64,000 nt of DNA from Thermoanaerobaculia bacterium (GTDB lineage: Bacteria; Acidobacteriota; Thermoanaerobaculia; Gp7-AA8), in the NCBI GenBank assembly GCA_035276475.1, contig DATELQ010000052.1, positions 67 to 64,066 of the forward strand. Reading direction: 5' to 3'. Of the stretch, positions 53,071 through 63,086 are shown piece by piece. The notes beneath the pieces are model-generated. The model saw only the letters and a list, made by a program, of their open reading frames with translations. It was not told the DNA's origin and did no database searches. The position numbers and the translations under genes are program-made. Within the stretch, counting starts at the first letter, position 1, and every line of letters begins with the position of its first letter.

Positions 53071-53970
53071 CTATTGTGCCGCATGCTTCGACGCCGCCCT
53101 CACCTCGATCTGCCCCTCCCGCACCTGCACCTCGAAGCACCGTGCCGGGAACGTCGTCGGGCCATTGACCACGTGCCCGTCTGCGAGCGCCAGCTCCGAC
53201 TGATGCCACGGGCACTGGATGGCGTCGCCGACGAGCTTCCCCTCGGAGAGCGGGCCGCCGAGGTGGGGGCAGGTCTCGGTGATGGCGAAGATCTGGCCGT
53301 TGCGCTTCACGAGCAGGATGGCCACCCCCTCGGCCGTCACGCGGGTGGGGGTATCGGGGGCCAGCGCGGACTCGGCGAGGACGGGGACGAACGACTCGGG
53401 CTTCTTGTTGTCCGCGGTCGCGGTGTGGTCGACGCCGATCTGCTCGCCGAAGACCAAGTGCCCGCCGAGGTACGCCGAGACCATGCCGACGGCGTAGCCG
53501 AGCATCGACAGCGCGACGGCGCTTTGGCGCGAGTCCTTCCGCTTCCGCATCACGTACGACGTCGCGTACATCCCGGCGGCGGCGAGATTCAGCACGCCGT
53601 GCGCGAGGCCGACGCGTTTGCCGCGGTCGTCCGTCTCGGACCAGTCGGTGAGGCCGGTGATCGCCGAGCCGACCGCGCCGAGCAGGCCGAGGGCCACGGC
53701 AGCGTCGGCGCTGTCGCGGAACTCGCGGCGGCCGCTCAGGCTCTCCATGGCGTCGAGCACCAGCGCCGCGGTCCAGGCGCCGAGCGGCACGTCCGTGATG
53801 GCCGGGTGCAGCGGGTGGCCGAGCCACGTGCCGTGCAAGATGTTTTTCACTTCCCGAGGCAGCGCGCCGCGCACCGCTTTCTGCAGCACGTTGGCAAGCT
53901 CCTCGAGTCCCGGCTGGCGCGAGATGGCGTTGATGAGCCCTTCGTATCCCATGCGCCGTGGGGCGTTCAC
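53071..53970 (-). CDS. Rieske [2Fe-2S] domain protein with N-terminal DUF2231-like membrane domain
   Basis: Rieske boxes 'CPHLGGPL' and 'CPWHQSEL' are present. The N-terminal part has 4 TM segments. Confidence 0.75.
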   Translation of the reverse strand: MNAPRRMGYEGLINAISRQPGLEELANVLQKAVRGALPREVKNILHGTWLGHPLHPAITDVPLGAWTAALVLDAMESLSGRREFRDSADAAVALGLLGAVGSAITGLTDWSETDDRGKRVGLAHGVLNLAAAGMYATSYVMRKRKDSRQSAVALSMLGYAVGMVSAYLGGHLVFGEQIGVDHTATADNKKPESFVPVLAESALAPDTPTRVTAEGVAILLVKRNGQIFAITETCPHLGGPLSEGKLVGDAIQCPWHQSELALADGHVVNGPTTFPARCFEVQVREGQIEVRAASKHAAQ

Positions 53971-54740
53971 GTTTGGTGCCGGTCGCAGGAGTACGTCGTG
54001 CGGCCGAACACGACCGACTTCACGACCGTCCCGCCGCAGCGGGGGCAGCGCGCTCCCTCCTCACGGTGGTGGATCAGGTAGCGCGGCGGATAGTCGCAAT
54101 CGGCCTCCTTGAGATCGATCACCGTCAGCAGGATCTTGCGCATCGTCGTGAAGATCGTGGCGACGTCCGAGGGAGAGAGGCGGTCGACCGGGCGGCGCGG
54201 CGCGATCGACGATTGGAACAGCGTCTCGTCCGCGTACAGATTGCCGATGCCCGCGATCACGTCCTGCGACATCAGCGTCGACTTCACCGCACCGCGGCGC
54301 GGTGCGAGGAGGCGGCGGAACTCCGGAAGCCGCAACGACAACGGATCGGGTCCGAGGGCGTGCTGCTCGATGTAGGCGTCGGGATCCGGAATCGTGTCGA
54401 CCACGCCGAAGAGGCGCATGTCCTCGAAGGCCAACGACGCGCCATTTTCGAAGTCGAAGATCACGCGGGCGAAGCGAGGCGGGGAATCGACGTAGTACGA
54501 GAGATCCCCCGTCATCCCGAAGTGCAGATGCAGCCAGAGTCCGCCCGCGTCGGCGAAGAGGTGCTTCCCGTGCCGGCGCACGCCCGTGAACGTGTGCCCG
54601 CGGAGCATGCGCGCGAACGCGTCCTTGCGCACGGCGCCGAGGATCCGCTCGTCGAGCACGCGCACCTTGGCGATCCGCTGCCCCAGCGCGTGGCGCGCGA
54701 AGTAGCGCCCGTAGAGCTCGACCTCGGGGAGTTCAGGCAT
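53967..54740 (-). CDS. mutM: formamidopyrimidine-DNA glycosylase
   Basis: 'MPELPEVE' at the N-terminus carries the catalytic Pro2/Glu3. A C-terminal zinc finger 'CPRCGGTVVKSVVFGRTTYSCDRHQ' is present. The ORF track fuses it into a 448-aa artefact. Confidence 0.85.
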   Translation of the reverse strand: MPELPEVELYGRYFARHALGQRIAKVRVLDERILGAVRKDAFARMLRGHTFTGVRRHGKHLFADAGGLWLHLHFGMTGDLSYYVDSPPRFARVIFDFENGASLAFEDMRLFGVVDTIPDPDAYIEQHALGPDPLSLRLPEFRRLLAPRRGAVKSTLMSQDVIAGIGNLYADETLFQSSIAPRRPVDRLSPSDVATIFTTMRKILLTVIDLKEADCDYPPRYLIHHREEGARCPRCGGTVVKSVVFGRTTYSCDRHQT

Positions 54741-54765
54741 TACTGAGGGCGCACGCCGTGCGCCC

Positions 54766-56526
54766 CTACTTGAACCTTGCTTCGAGCACGTCCAGCGGCA
54801 CGGGACCGGAGTCGAGCACCGCGTCGTGGAACGCGCGGATGTCGAACTTGTCGCCGAGCTTCTGCTTCTGCTTCTCGCGCAGCTCCAGGATCTTGAGCTG
54901 CCCGATCTTGTAGCCCAAGGCCTGGCCGGGCCAGACGATGTAGCGGTCCGTCTCGTTCTGAACCTCGACCTCGTCCTGCGCGGAGTGGTCGTGGAAGAAC
55001 TGCACGACCTGCTCGCGCGTCCACTTCTTCGAGTGCAGCCCCGTGTCGACCACCAGCCGGATCGCGCGGAGCATCTCGTCCTGCAGGCGGCCGTAGTCGT
55101 TCCACGGATCCTGGTAGAAGCCGACCTCCTTGCCGAGGCGCTCGGAGTAGAGCGCCCACCCCTCGACGTACGCCGTGAAGTTGAGGAGGTGCTTGCGGAA
55201 GTCGGGGAGGCCGGTGACCTCCTGGGCGATGGCGATCTGCATGTGATGGCCGGGGACGCCCTCGTGGTACGCCGTCGACTCCATGGTGATGGTCTTGCGC
55301 GACTGCGGCTCACTCGTGTTCACCTCGACGCGGCCGGGGCGCGAGCCGTCGGGCGCGCCGGGCTGGTACTCCGCGCCGGGTGCTTCCTTCTCGCGGAACG
55401 CCTCGGTCGGCACGACGATGACCTTCGCGCGCGGCAGGCGGCCGAAGAGCTGCGGCAGCTTCGCGTACATCTGGTCGATGTAGTGCCGATAGAGATCGAG
55501 GATCTGCTCGCGCGACTTGGGGTGAAGGTCCGGGTTCTCGTCGGCCGCCTTCTGCACCGACTTGAGATCGTTGTATCCGAGGCGCTTCGCGACCTGGAGA
55601 AGCTCGCCCTCGATGCGGGCCACTTCGCGCAGGCCGATCTCGTGGATCTGATCGGCGGTGAGATTCGTGGTCGTGCTCTCGCGAATGCGGACGTTGTAGC
55701 GGTGCACGCCGTCGGGCAGTGCCCACATCCCCACCTCGGTGCGGCCGTGCGGCGCGTACTCGTCCTTCACGAAGGCCGCGAATTTCTTATACGCCGGCAG
55801 CACGCCGTCTTTGATCGCGGAGAGGAAGTCGGCGCGGATGCGCGCGCGGTCCGCCTCGGAGATCGACTCCGGGAACGACGCCAGCGGCTGCGCGAACGGC
55901 GTCTTCTCCGGCTCCTGCGCCGCGATCGCGGCCGACTGCGCCGCCACTTTCTCGAGCAGGAACTTCGGCGGCATGAGGCGGTCCTTCATCCCCTTGCGCA
56001 TCGCCGCGATGGTGTCGTCCATCTGCTTGGGAAACCCGCGCATGCGCTTGACGTAGTCGTCGTAGTCCTTCGCGCTCGTGAAGGTGAGGAGCGACGGGAA
56101 CTGCGCGGCGCCGAGGTGGATGCCGCTGATCTGCGTGACCGGCATCTCCCAATCTTTCATGTCGAAGTCAGCGATGCCCTCGCGGAGCATGTGCAGCATC
56201 AGGACTTTGTTGAGCTTTTCCTGCTCGGAGAAGCCGGTGGTGTCGACGGCCTCGACGCGCGGAATGAAGCGCCGGAACCCTGCGATGTCCCTGCGCTGCC
56301 CGGCCTCGGAGAGGTCCTGGACCTTGTCGTTGTAGCGCTTGTCGCCGAGGATCGAGGCGAACTCCGGGTACACGCGCATCGTGTACTCCCAATGCTCGTG
56401 CATCAGGTCCTCGAGCGCTTTGCGGCGCTTGTCGAGGTCTGAGGCGGAGAGCTCGGCGGCGGTGAGTTGCGACACGATGAGAATCGACGCGAGGAACGCG
56501 ACCGCGAATTTTTGCATGCGCGTCAA
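54766..56526 (-). CDS. DUF885-family secreted protein
   Basis: Signal peptide and 'TAYHEGVPGHHMQIAIAQE' (the DUF885 HE-x-x-PGHH block) are present. Length is 586 aa. Confidence 0.75.
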   Translation of the reverse strand: MTRMQKFAVAFLASILIVSQLTAAELSASDLDKRRKALEDLMHEHWEYTMRVYPEFASILGDKRYNDKVQDLSEAGQRRDIAGFRRFIPRVEAVDTTGFSEQEKLNKVLMLHMLREGIADFDMKDWEMPVTQISGIHLGAAQFPSLLTFTSAKDYDDYVKRMRGFPKQMDDTIAAMRKGMKDRLMPPKFLLEKVAAQSAAIAAQEPEKTPFAQPLASFPESISEADRARIRADFLSAIKDGVLPAYKKFAAFVKDEYAPHGRTEVGMWALPDGVHRYNVRIRESTTTNLTADQIHEIGLREVARIEGELLQVAKRLGYNDLKSVQKAADENPDLHPKSREQILDLYRHYIDQMYAKLPQLFGRLPRAKVIVVPTEAFREKEAPGAEYQPGAPDGSRPGRVEVNTSEPQSRKTITMESTAYHEGVPGHHMQIAIAQEVTGLPDFRKHLLNFTAYVEGWALYSERLGKEVGFYQDPWNDYGRLQDEMLRAIRLVVDTGLHSKKWTREQVVQFFHDHSAQDEVEVQNETDRYIVWPGQALGYKIGQLKILELREKQKQKLGDKFDIRAFHDAVLDSGPVPLDVLEARFK

Positions 56527-56527
56527 T

Positions 56528-56986
56528 TTATAACGCGGCGGAAGGGTTGGCGACCACCACGATGCGGCGGATCTGCACGCCGCGCCTCTCGGCCAGGGCC
56601 ATGCGGGCCTCGACGTTCACGCGGGCCAGGTCGGCGGCGGAGAGACGCGGGAGACGGCAAAGCTCGATGGTGACGGCGGGCTTGAGGTCGATGGCGATGC
56701 GGGGCTGGGGGGCGGGAAGCTGAATCGTGATGGTGGAGGGGCGCTCTTGCCTGCTTTGGACGGGGGCGGCCGCGGCGACGGGGACGACCGGGGCGACAGG
56801 CAGGGGTGCCTGTCGCCCACTCACCCGCGCCTGCGTCAGCGGCGCCGCCTTCTGGACCTGTAAAACCGAGTCGAGAACGAACGACGCGAAGGCGTCGATG
56901 GCAGCGCGCCGTCCATGCTCAGCCAGCCTGCAGCCGGTCAGTGCTACGGCCGCGAGCAGAAGCACGCACACTCCAATTCGCGTCAT
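56528..56986 (-). CDS. hypothetical lipoprotein
   Basis: Internal Met gives 'MTRIGVCVLLLAAVALTGC', a lipobox. It has no recognised domain and the start is uncertain. Confidence 0.4.
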   Translation of the reverse strand: MTRIGVCVLLLAAVALTGCRLAEHGRRAAIDAFASFVLDSVLQVQKAAPLTQARVSGRQAPLPVAPVVPVAAAAPVQSRQERPSTITIQLPAPQPRIAIDLKPAVTIELCRLPRLSAADLARVNVEARMALAERRGVQIRRIVVVANPSAAL

Positions 56987-57115
56987 CCGTTCTCGTCTCA
57001 TTGCCACCTCAGACGACCGGGAGAGCAAAAAGTTGTCTCGTTCACGGTCATGTAACACCCTCGCGAACGGCACGTCGCCTGCACTAGAGCCTGTCGATGC
57101 CAAAGACGGGGGTAG

Positions 57116-58612
57116 TTGCCTGTGGAAGAAGGGAAACTGAATGGGCGGGATCTCGCCAGGACGGGGATTCCGGGCCTGGATGACGTTTTAGCGGGGGGTC
57201 TGACCCGCAACCGCACGTATGTCGTACAGGGCGATCCAGGCGTCGGCAAGACGACGCTCGGGTTGCAGTTCATCCTCTGCGGAGAGGAGCTCGGCGAGAC
57301 CGGCCTCTATCTGACCTTGTCCGAAACGAAGGACGAGCTGAAGGCGGTGGCCGACGCGCACGGCTGGTCGCTCGATCACATCCACATCTTCGAGTACTCG
57401 GCGCCCGAGCGGCTGGCGGCGGACGAGGAGAGCACGCTCTTCCATCCGTCCGAGATCGAGCTTGGGGAGGCCGTGCAGGCGCTGATCGCCGAGGTCGAGC
57501 GGGTCAATCCGAAACGCGTCGTCATCGACTCGCTGTCGGAGATCCGCCTCCTCGCGCAGAATCCGCTGCGCTACCGGCGGCAGATCCTCGGTCTCAAGCA
57601 CTACTTCAGCGGTCGCGACGCCACCGTGCTGCTGCTCGACGACAAGAGCGTGACGAACGGCGACATGCAGCTCATGACCCTGGCGCACGGCGTCATCAAC
57701 CTCGAGCAGCTCGCGCCCGCGTACGGCGCGGACCGGCGGCGGCTGCGCGTCAGTAAGTTCCGCGGCGTGAAGTACCGGGGCGGCTTCCACGACTTCAACA
57801 TCCGCACCGGTGGGCTGATCGTCTATCCGCGGCTCGTCGCCGCGGAGCATCGCCACACGCAGGAACTGCAGGCGCTGTCGAGCGGCATCGCGGCCGTCGA
57901 CGAGCTCCTCGGCGGGGGCGTCCACCGCGGCACGAGCACGCTGATCATCGGCCCGGCGGGGGCGGGAAAGTCGGCGCTGGCGACGCACTACGCCGTCTCG
58001 GCGGCAAAGCGCGGCGAGAACGCGGCCATCTTCGCCTTCGACGAGAGCCAGAGCACGCTCTTCGCCCGATCGCGGTCGCTGGGCCTCGACCTCGCCGAGC
58101 ACGTCGAGTCCGGGCGCATCTCCATTCAGCAGATCGATCCGGCCGAAGTACCGCCCGGCGAGTTCGTGCATCTCGTGCGCGAGGCCGTCGAGCAGCGCAA
58201 CATCTCGGTGCTCATCATCGACAGCCTCAATGGGTATCTCAACTCCATGCCCGAGGAGCGCTTCCTGACGGTGCATATGCACGAGCTCCTGACGTACCTC
58301 GGGCAGAAGGGTGTGGCCACGATCCTCGTCGTCGCCCAGCAGGGCTTGATCGGATCGAACATGCTGGCGCCGGTCGACGTCAGCTACCTCGCGGACTGTG
58401 TCGTGATCCTCCGCTACTTCGAGCACGCCGGCGAGATCCGCAAAGCCATCTCCGTCATGAAGAAGCGCAGCGGCTATCACGAGAGAGCCATCCGGCCATT
58501 CTCGTTCTCCGAACAGGGAATCGAGGTCGGCAACCCGCTGACGGAGTTCCACGGCATCCTCTCCGGGACGCCGCTGCTCGAGACGGACGGCCACGATGCC
58601 TCGTCCCGCTGA
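57116..58612 (+). CDS. KaiC-like double RecA-fold ATPase
   Basis: Two RecA/KaiC modules are present. The first has 'GIPGLDDVLAGGL...GDPGVGKTTLGLQF'. The second has 'GIAAVDELLGGGVHRGTSTLIIGPAGAGKSALATH'. Length is 498 aa. TTG/GTG start. Confidence 0.8.
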   Translation: MPVEEGKLNGRDLARTGIPGLDDVLAGGLTRNRTYVVQGDPGVGKTTLGLQFILCGEELGETGLYLTLSETKDELKAVADAHGWSLDHIHIFEYSAPERLAADEESTLFHPSEIELGEAVQALIAEVERVNPKRVVIDSLSEIRLLAQNPLRYRRQILGLKHYFSGRDATVLLLDDKSVTNGDMQLMTLAHGVINLEQLAPAYGADRRRLRVSKFRGVKYRGGFHDFNIRTGGLIVYPRLVAAEHRHTQELQALSSGIAAVDELLGGGVHRGTSTLIIGPAGAGKSALATHYAVSAAKRGENAAIFAFDESQSTLFARSRSLGLDLAEHVESGRISIQQIDPAEVPPGEFVHLVREAVEQRNISVLIIDSLNGYLNSMPEERFLTVHMHELLTYLGQKGVATILVVAQQGLIGSNMLAPVDVSYLADCVVILRYFEHAGEIRKAISVMKKRSGYHERAIRPFSFSEQGIEVGNPLTEFHGILSGTPLLETDGHDASSR

Positions 58613-60098
58613 CCGGAGGCAGGAGCGCGTGCTGCTGCTCATGCCGTTCGGGCGTGACGGCGCGCTGGCCGCGCGTGCCCTGCGCGAAGCGAGCCTGACG
58701 TATCTGATCTGCAGCGACATGCCCGACCTCTGCGACAGAGTCGGCGAGGGCGCCGGCGCTGCCATGATCACCGAAGAGGCGCTCGACGCGGAGGCCATGC
58801 AGTGCCTGCGCGAGGAGATCGAAAAGCAGTCGCCGTGGGCCGACCTCCCCCTCATCATCTTCGTCTCGCGGCCCTCGGCGGAGCTGAAGGTGCGGTCGTT
58901 CGAGGCGCTCGGGCCGCGCGCCAACATCACGCTGATCGAGCGGCCCGTGCGGGTGAAGACGATGATCAGCGCGGCCGGGGCGGCGCTGCGCGCGCGGCGG
59001 CGGCAGTACGAAGTGCGCGACCTCCTCGACGAGCTCGAGCAGCGCGTCACGGAGCGCGACAACTTCCTGGCCATGCTCAGCCACGAGCTGCGCAACCCGC
59101 TCGCCGCCATCACGCTGGCCGCGGACATCGACGACCGCGACGTCATCGCCCGCCAGACCCGGCATCTCAAGAAGCTCGTCGACGACCTGCTCGACATCGG
59201 CCGCGTGACGTCGGGAAAGATCATGCTTCACCGCACGCCCGTCGACTTCGGCGACATCGTCGAGCACTGCGTGGCCACGATGCAGCCGCGCGTCGAGGCC
59301 CGCCGCCTCCATGTCGAAGTCCACCGCGAGACCGAGCAGGCCTGGATCGACGGCGACGCCGTGCGCCTCGAGCAGGTCGTCAACAACGTGCTGGCGAATG
59401 CGATCAAGTACACGCCGCCCGACGGCTGGATCAACGTGGTGCTCGAGCGCGACGACGGCGAGGTCGTGCTGCGCGTGCGCGACAGCGGCAAAGGCATCGC
59501 GCCGGAGATGCTCACGCGCGTCTTCGATCTCTTCATGCAGGGCGACGTGGCGCTCGACCGCAGTGAAGGGGGGATGGGCATCGGCCTCACGCTCGTGCGC
59601 AAGTTGACGGAGCTGCACGGCGGCAGCGTCCGCGCCTACAGCCGCGGCCCCGGCAGCGGGAGCGAGTTCGTGATCCGCCTGCCGCTCGGCGCGCCGCCGA
59701 CGGGCATTTCGGAGCGGACGAGGACGACGACGACGTCCGCGCCGCGGCACATCGTTCTGATCGAGGACAACGCCGACATCCGCGACCTGCTGCGCCTCAA
59801 GCTCAATCACCTCGGGCACACCGTCGAGACGGCGGAGGACGGGGTGAAGGGCTTGGAGACGGTGCTGAGCGCGAAGCCCGACATCGCCCTGGTCGACATC
59901 GGCCTCCCCGGCCTCGACGGCTACGACCTCGCGCGCCAGGTGCGCGAGAAGCTCGGCAACGACGTCTACCTCGTCGCGCTCACCGGCTACGGCCAGGCCG
60001 ACGACCGCAAGCGCGCGCTCGAAGCGGGCTTCGACGTGCATCTGACGAAGCCGGCCGACATGGTCGATCTGCAGAACGTGCTGGCGCGGGCGCGCTGA
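58596..60098 (+). CDS. hybrid sensor histidine kinase / response regulator
   Basis: It has a receiver-like N-terminus, HisKA '[15 protein letters not shown]', an HATPase with 'RDSGKGI' and '[10 protein letters not shown]', and a C-terminal REC with '[12 protein letters not shown]'. It overlaps kaiC-like by 17 bp. Confidence 0.85.
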   Translation: MPRPADRRQERVLLLMPFGRDGALAARALREASLTYLICSDMPDLCDRVGEGAGAAMITEEALDAEAMQCLREEIEKQSPWADLPLIIFVSRPSAELKVRSFEALGPRANITLIERPVRVKTMISAAGAALRARRRQYEVRDLLDELEQRVTERDNFLAMLSHELRNPLAAITLAADIDDRDVIARQTRHLKKLVDDLLDIGRVTSGKIMLHRTPVDFGDIVEHCVATMQPRVEARRLHVEVHRETEQAWIDGDAVRLEQVVNNVLANAIKYTPPDGWINVVLERDDGEVVLRVRDSGKGIAPEMLTRVFDLFMQGDVALDRSEGGMGIGLTLVRKLTELHGGSVRAYSRGPGSGSEFVIRLPLGAPPTGISERTRTTTTSAPRHIVLIEDNADIRDLLRLKLNHLGHTVETAEDGVKGLETVLSAKPDIALVDIGLPGLDGYDLARQVREKLGNDVYLVALTGYGQADDRKRALEAGFDVHLTKPADMVDLQNVLARAR

Positions 60099-62444
60099 TC
60101 ACTTCACCGCAACGGCGCGCGCCTGCGTGATGTCCGTCAATCCCTTGAAGGCCTTGTCGATCGCGTCCTGCAGCAGCGTGCGCATCCCCTGCTCCAGAGC
60201 GAGGCTGCGCAGCTCGCCGATCGGCGCGCGGCGCTGCACGGCGCGTTTGACCTCGTCCGTGCCGACGAGCAGCTCGTGCACGCCCATGCGGCCTTTGTAG
60301 CCGGTGTTGCCGCACGCGCTGCAGCCCTTCGGCTGGTACAGCGTCACCTCCGGCGTGTACTGCAGCTCGAAGTACGTCCGCCCGTAGGCGTCGGCGATCT
60401 CGTCGAACTCCTCCCGCGTCGGGTGATAGGCCTCCTTGCACTTCGCGCAGAGCGTGCGCACGAGGCGCTGGGCCATGATGCCGAGGAGCGCGTCGGCGAA
60501 GTTGAACGGGTCGATGTTCATATCGAGAAGACGCGTGATCGTCTCCGGCGCCGAGTTCGTGTGCAGCGTGGAAAAGACGAGGTGGCCGGTCAGCGAGGCC
60601 TCGATGCCGATGGCCGCCGTCTCGTGGTCGCGCATCTCGCCGACCATGATGACGTCGGGATCGGCGCGGAGGAACGAGCGCATCGCCGCGGCGAAGGTGA
60701 AGTCGATCTTCGGCTGCACCTGCACCTGCCGCAACCCGCGCTGCGTGATCTCGACCGGGTCTTCCGCGGTCCAGATCTTCATGTCCTCGGTGTTGATGAA
60801 GCCGAGCGCCGAGTGCAGCGTGGTCGTCTTGCCCGAGCCGGTCGGGCCGACGACGAGGCAGATGCCGTACGGCTTCGAGACGATCTCCTTGAACTGCGTG
60901 AGGTTCCGCTCGCTGAAGCCCATGCGGTCGAGCGGCAGCGGCTTCGACGCCGCCAGGATGCGCATGACCACGTCCTCGTTCTGGTTCGTGGTCGGGATCG
61001 TGGCCACGCGCAGCTCGATCGTGCCGCGCGAGTATTTGAAGCGGATCTTCCCGTCCTGCGGCTTGCGGCGCTCGGAGATGTCGAGCTTGGCCATGATCTT
61101 GAGCCGCTGCACGAGGGCGTTGCGGTGCATGCCCGGCACTTCCATGAACTTCTGGCAGTCGCCGTCGATGCGCAGGCGGATGATGCACGGGTTCTTCGAG
61201 CCGTCCGGCTCGACGTGGATGTCCGACGCGCCGCGGTTGAAGGCCTCGATGATGAGCTGGTTGGCCAGCCGCACGATGCCGGAGTCCGTCTCGTCGATCT
61301 CCGGCACCTCCCTCTCCTCTTCCTCGGTCGACGCCCCCTCCCCTTCTCCGAGCTGGTCGATGATCTTGGCGAGATCGCCGCCGTCCGTGGCTGCGGCCTC
61401 GACCTTCTCGCCGTACGACGCGGCGATGTAGGCGAGGATCTCGTGCTTCAGCCCGACCCAGAAGTCGTAGCGCGGCGCGAGGCTCATGGCCCGGATGGCG
61501 TCGAGGCGCGTCAGGTCCTGCGGGTCGTCGACGGCGATGACGAGCATGCCCGGCTTCCGCTCCACCGGCGCGCAGACGTACTTTTTCCACATTTCCGACG
61601 GCACGCGGTCGCGCAGGTCGGCCGGGATGGTCTGCTCGCCGTCGTAGCCGAAGAACTGCGTCGCATAAAACGCCGCGAGCGACTTTCCGAGCTCCTCCTT
61701 CGGGACGTTGTAGTCGTCGATCAGGATCTTCTCGATGGTGGTGTTGTTGACGCGCGCGCTCGAAACCGCGGCCTCGATGTCCTTCTCCGAGACAACGCCT
61801 TTGTCGACGAGGCCGCCGAGCCTCGACGGCTTGGTCTGCCGCGCCGCCCGGTGCTGGTTGTAGAAGGCGATACCGAGGATGCGCCCGATCTCCTCGGCGG
61901 CGTCCTCGTCCTGGGAGGTGAAGGCGACGCCGTGGCGCTTGTTGATGAGCTGCAGGACGCCGAGGAGGTATTTCTCGAAGAGGATGGGGACGGCCAGGAC
62001 GGCGCGCGTGCGGAAGCCGCTCTGCTTGTCCCAGCGCTGGTCGAAGCGGAGGTTGGCGTGGAACTTCGAGAGCTCGGCGGCGTCGTAGGCGTCGCGGATG
62101 TTGATGGTCTTGCGCGAGAGGGCGGTGAAGCCGGCGATGGAGGCGAACGACTTCGGGACGCGGATTTCCTTCGGCACGTCGCCGACTTTGTGCAGCGAGT
62201 ACAACTCCTGATTCTTGGTGTCGACGGCGTAGATCGTCAGCCGCTCGGCGTCGAGGAGCTCGAGGATCTTGTCCTTGAGCGTCATGAGGATGTGCGGGAT
62301 GGAGTCGGCCGAGTTGATCTGATTCGCGATCGCGGTGAGCTTTTTCCGGTACTCGAGCTCGCGCTCGAGCGAGGAGGGCGCAGCTTGGACGGTCATGGGA
62401 AAAAGGATAGCACCCGCCATTTGTGACCGATCATCAACGGCCAT
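60099..62444 (-). CDS. GspE/PilB-family secretion ATPase with N-terminal GAF domain
   Basis: The C-terminal half has '[17 protein letters not shown]', 'TAEDPVEI', 'VGEMRD' and a tetracysteine 'CAKC...CSACGNTG'. The N-terminal about 230 aa is GAF-like. Start Met is uncertain (62444, 62420 or 62396). Confidence 0.85.
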   Translation of the reverse strand: MAVDDRSQMAGAILFPMTVQAAPSSLERELEYRKKLTAIANQINSADSIPHILMTLKDKILELLDAERLTIYAVDTKNQELYSLHKVGDVPKEIRVPKSFASIAGFTALSRKTINIRDAYDAAELSKFHANLRFDQRWDKQSGFRTRAVLAVPILFEKYLLGVLQLINKRHGVAFTSQDEDAAEEIGRILGIAFYNQHRAARQTKPSRLGGLVDKGVVSEKDIEAAVSSARVNNTTIEKILIDDYNVPKEELGKSLAAFYATQFFGYDGEQTIPADLRDRVPSEMWKKYVCAPVERKPGMLVIAVDDPQDLTRLDAIRAMSLAPRYDFWVGLKHEILAYIAASYGEKVEAAATDGGDLAKIIDQLGEGEGASTEEEEREVPEIDETDSGIVRLANQLIIEAFNRGASDIHVEPDGSKNPCIIRLRIDGDCQKFMEVPGMHRNALVQRLKIMAKLDISERRKPQDGKIRFKYSRGTIELRVATIPTTNQNEDVVMRILAASKPLPLDRMGFSERNLTQFKEIVSKPYGICLVVGPTGSGKTTTLHSALGFINTEDMKIWTAEDPVEITQRGLRQVQVQPKIDFTFAAAMRSFLRADPDVIMVGEMRDHETAAIGIEASLTGHLVFSTLHTNSAPETITRLLDMNIDPFNFADALLGIMAQRLVRTLCAKCKEAYHPTREEFDEIADAYGRTYFELQYTPEVTLYQPKGCSACGNTGYKGRMGVHELLVGTDEVKRAVQRRAPIGELRSLALEQGMRTLLQDAIDKAFKGLTDITQARAVAVK

Positions 62445-62472
62445 TCACGGCATAATGACGGCGGAGACCGCC

Positions 62473-62958
62473 ATGAAACTAATCCACATACTCACCATTC
62501 TTCTCATCCTGACGGCCGCGCCGCTCTTCGCCGCGCGCCGCAACGCAAACATCGTCGACGACGTGATCCGCATGCAGAAGTCCGGCATCGCCGAGGACGA
62601 GATCATCGCCTTCGTGCACAAGGGCGACACCCGCCTCGACGTGACGGCGGACGACATGATCGCCCTCCACGACGCGGGCGTCTCCCGCAACGTGATCAAG
62701 GCGATCCTCGACGAGTCCGACGCCCGCGGCGAGCGCCGCGACAACAACCGCGGCCGCGACTACGGCTACTCCTACGCGGCCCCGAGCTTCAGCTACGGCT
62801 ACTACGGCGTCCCGTACTTTTACGACCCGTGGTACTACAACCCCTGGTACTACGGCTACGGCCCGCGCGTGTCGGTCGGATTCAACTTCGGATTCGGCCG
62901 GTATTGGGGCGGGTACCGAGGGGGATTCCGCGGGGGATTCCGCCACCGCCACCGGTAA
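62473..62958 (+). CDS. secreted hypothetical protein with Tyr/Gly-rich C-terminus
   Basis: Signal peptide 'MKLIHILTILLILTAAPLFA' and the C-terminal 'YGYSYAAPSFSYGYYGVPYFYDPWYYNPWYYGYG...GGYRGGFRGGFRHRHR' are present. Confidence 0.5.
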   Translation: MKLIHILTILLILTAAPLFAARRNANIVDDVIRMQKSGIAEDEIIAFVHKGDTRLDVTADDMIALHDAGVSRNVIKAILDESDARGERRDNNRGRDYGYSYAAPSFSYGYYGVPYFYDPWYYNPWYYGYGPRVSVGFNFGFGRYWGGYRGGFRGGFRHRHR

Positions 62959-62968
62959 TGGCAGTTTA

Positions 62969-63069
62969 TCCCGCGCGCAGACGCGGGATCAGCCGATGCA
63001 CCGCGGCAGCTCGTAGGCTATAGCATCGCGGTGGATCAGCTGATCCCGCGTCTTTCGCGCGGGATAAAC
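62969..63069. terminator. nested inverted-repeat structure between convergent genes
   Basis: 'tttatcccgcgcgcagacgcgggatcagc' at 62969-62997 and 'gctgatcccgcgtctttcgcgcgggataaa' at 63040-63069 are near-perfect reverse complements. Each arm contains its own 8-bp hairpin (atcccgcg / cgcgggat). An inner 'caccgcg...cgcggtg' repeat is also present. Confidence 0.5.
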
Positions 63070-63086
63070 TTCGCGGAGTACCGCCT

